A stretch of DNA of 63,463 nucleotides, the filler included, from Octopus bimaculoides (lineage: Eukaryota), in assembly GCF_001194135.2 (NCBI RefSeq). It is 4 parts of 3 records of this genome, joined end to end, with 100 filler letters (N's around TTAATTAATTAA, not from the genome) between each part and the next. Parts side by side here need not be neighbours in the genome. Positions count along the whole stretch, not along the records: positions 58,919 to 61,807 come from NC_068984.1; positions 61,908 to 63,463 come from NC_068984.1; 2 more parts are not named here. The stretch is one strand, 5' to 3'. The notes below the pieces were generated by a model. The model worked only from the letters and a program-made list of their open reading frames with translations. It was not told the DNA's origin and did not search any database. The position numbers were made by a program, and so were the translations under genes. Positions 61,463 through 63,463 of this stretch are shown in pieces. The stretch's first letter is position 1; each line of letters begins with the position of its first letter.

Positions 61463-61807
61463 CCCAGAATTAGACAGGCTTGGAGAAGAAGGGTGTGGAA
61501 GCTTAAAGACCCTGCAAACGGACAGAGACTTAGAGACAAGTTACTTGAAGCATTTAACGAAATAGAAGGGGATATAGCATCATACAACGTGGAAGACAAT
61601 TGGAGATTTCTGCGGGACAACCTGTTGAAAGCCACCGACCAGATTTGTGGGTGGTGTAAGGTCCCCTCCCAACCCAGAGTAACGTGGTGGTGGAACAAGG
61701 AGGTAGACAGGGCTATTAGACAAAAGAAACAGGCTTGGAAGGACTGGAAGAACGGTGGTAGCAGGGAATTGTACCAATGTGCCAGAAGGGAGGCTAGGCG
61801 ACAGGTT
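61463..61807 (+). mobile_element. Young RTE ORF fragment (endonuclease-RT linker), antisense, in the intron 5' of the CP2 exon
   Basis: Stop-free PRIRQAWRRRVWKLKDPANGQRLRD..NWRFLRDNLLKATDQICGWCK..RVTWWWNKEVDRAIRQKKQAWKDWK; truncated at the join. Confidence 0.85.
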
Positions 61808-61907
61808 NNNNNNNNNNNNNNNNNNNNNNNNNNNNNNNNNNNNNNNNNNNNTTAATTAATTAANNNNNNNNNNNNNNNNNNNNNNNNNNNNNNNNNNNNN
61901 NNNNNNN
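61808..61907. other. Artificial scaffold join N44-TTAATTAATTAA-N44
   Basis: Same construct as 30076. Confidence 0.95.
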
Positions 61908-61941
61908 AGACGGAAACTGAAAGAAGCCTGTCGTATATATG

Positions 61942-61974
<33 letters not shown>

Positions 61975-62197
61975 GGTTGTGTGTGTATATGTTTGTGTGT
62001 CTGTGTTTGTCCCCCCAAAATAGCTTCACAACCGATGGTGGTGTGTTTATGTCCCCGTAACTTAGCGGTTCGGCAAAAGAGACCGATAGAATAAGTACTA
62101 GGCTTACAAAGAATAACTCCTGGGGTCGATTTGCTCGACTAAAGGCGGTGCTCCAGCATGGCCGCAGTCAAATGACTGAAACAAGTGAAAGAGTAAT
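61908..62197 (+). mobile_element. tRNA/CORE-like microsatellite SINE, young
   Basis: Near-identical to 56160-56456. Confidence 0.85.
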
Positions 62198-63083
62198 AAA
62201 TACACGGGCAGGGAAAACTCTTCTTTACAGATGATAAATCCATATACATCCTAGATTGCGAGCTAACTTGTGAACTGCTACTGAATAGAAGCAGCTGCAT
62301 CTCCTTCGAATAATATGCATCAGTTTTAAAAAGAGAGTGACGTGTTGAATAATGGTTACACTACGCTCAGGAATAAAGCACTGTAGACCTGATTAATAGA
62401 GAGGCAGGTTCGTAGAATGTTAATACTTCGACTGAAGAATTGGAAATCTAATGATCCAACAAAGGAAATATATCCATTCGACTGACTTGCCAGTATTAGC
62501 AGCTTAATCTTCAAATTAAGCACGATCGACTTTATAAAGGGAGAAGAAATTAGATAATGTTTTTCTATATCTGGAAAATAACCCCAAAAACGAACGAAGT
62601 AGTCAGAATTGAAACGTCGCCTTTGACCATATATGCGCTCGATTGTGGCTGACCTGAGGTTGAATAGCAAAATTAACAAGTCCACAAAATTTCCTTTACG
62701 TGGTTGCTTTGTCTGCTAGAAATTGCACTCAAATCCTCTAAACCACATACCACCGTTTTAAAAAGGGAAGGGCACAGGTGTCCTATCTATACGGAAAAGA
62801 AACATGATTATCATGGCTAGAACACTTTTGATCAAAACTCGATGCTAAGCAACAAGGAATATAAACTGACAGTAATAAAAATGCCCACCCATTGGTTCAT
62901 ACATCAGAACTCAAATCACAAAAACACGAAGAAGGAGTAAAACAAATTTAAATATAATTAGATTTATAACATGGAATCAGCTTTGTTTTTGCCATATTCT
63001 ACTTTAGTTATTTCGGTGAAGCAGTATGTAAAAATCCAAAAGACGATTGGTAACAAAAGAACACTAATAATAAATATTATTTC

Positions 63084-63292
63084 TACTACAAGCACAAGGC
63101 CTGAAAATTCGGGGAAGGGAGATAATCGATCACATCGACCCCCAGTGCAAAATAGGTACTCCTTTTATCGACCTCGAAACGATGAAAGGCGAAGGCGACC
63201 GCAGAGGAATTTGAGCTCAGACCGTACTGACGGACGAACTGCGGCTGACCATTTTGCCCGGCGTGCTAACGATTCAACCAACTCACCGCCTT
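63084..63292 (-). mobile_element. ATT-SINE, diverged but CpG-retaining, next to (AAT)n
   Basis: GCACAAGGCCTGAAAATTCGGGG..TATCGACCTCGAAACGATGAAAGGCG..GCCCGGCGTGCTAACGATTC..CCGCCTTA, then (AAT)n to about 63380. Confidence 0.8.
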
Positions 63293-63293
63293 A

Positions 63294-63381
<88 letters not shown>

Positions 63382-63463
63382 TCTGGAAATGTATAAAATA
63401 GCTCCTACTCTGCGAAACTTTTTATCTGTAAGTATGAGATCATGGAGAACTACACTGATGTTG

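Overview
AT-rich, microsatellite-dense, gapped eukaryotic DNA. The SINE/LINE repertoire points to an octopod or other coleoid cephalopod assembly (inference). Nearly all ORFs in the supplied track are artefacts of N-runs or microsatellites. Only one host coding feature is supported: a 77-bp minus-strand exon (61249-61325) with canonical splice sites, encoding [26 protein letters not shown], the start of the CP2 DNA-binding domain of an LSF/TFCP2-type transcription factor. No further exons of this gene were found. The rest is mobile DNA. LINEs: RTE fragments (young and old), R4/Dong-type RLE LINEs associated with (TAA)n, and L1/Tx1-type 3' ends with (ATT)n tails. SINEs: several tRNA-derived families, one sharing a 3' motif with the Tx1-like LINE. 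Other elements: Penelope-type termini with minimal hammerhead ribozyme motifs, mariner/maT/hAT/piggyBac/Helitron-like remnants, and a 4-copy MITE family with 8-bp TSDs carrying internal (TTAGGG)n. The same SINE families are CpG-decayed in about 0.4-29.4 kb and 59-61.5 kb but keep their CpGs in about 29.4-58.8 kb and 62-63.4 kb, suggesting alternating germline-methylated and unmethylated domains. Three artificial N44-TTAATTAATTAA-N44 scaffold joins (30076, 58819, 61808) make long-range order uncertain. All alignments were done by eye, and coordinates of degenerate elements are approximate.
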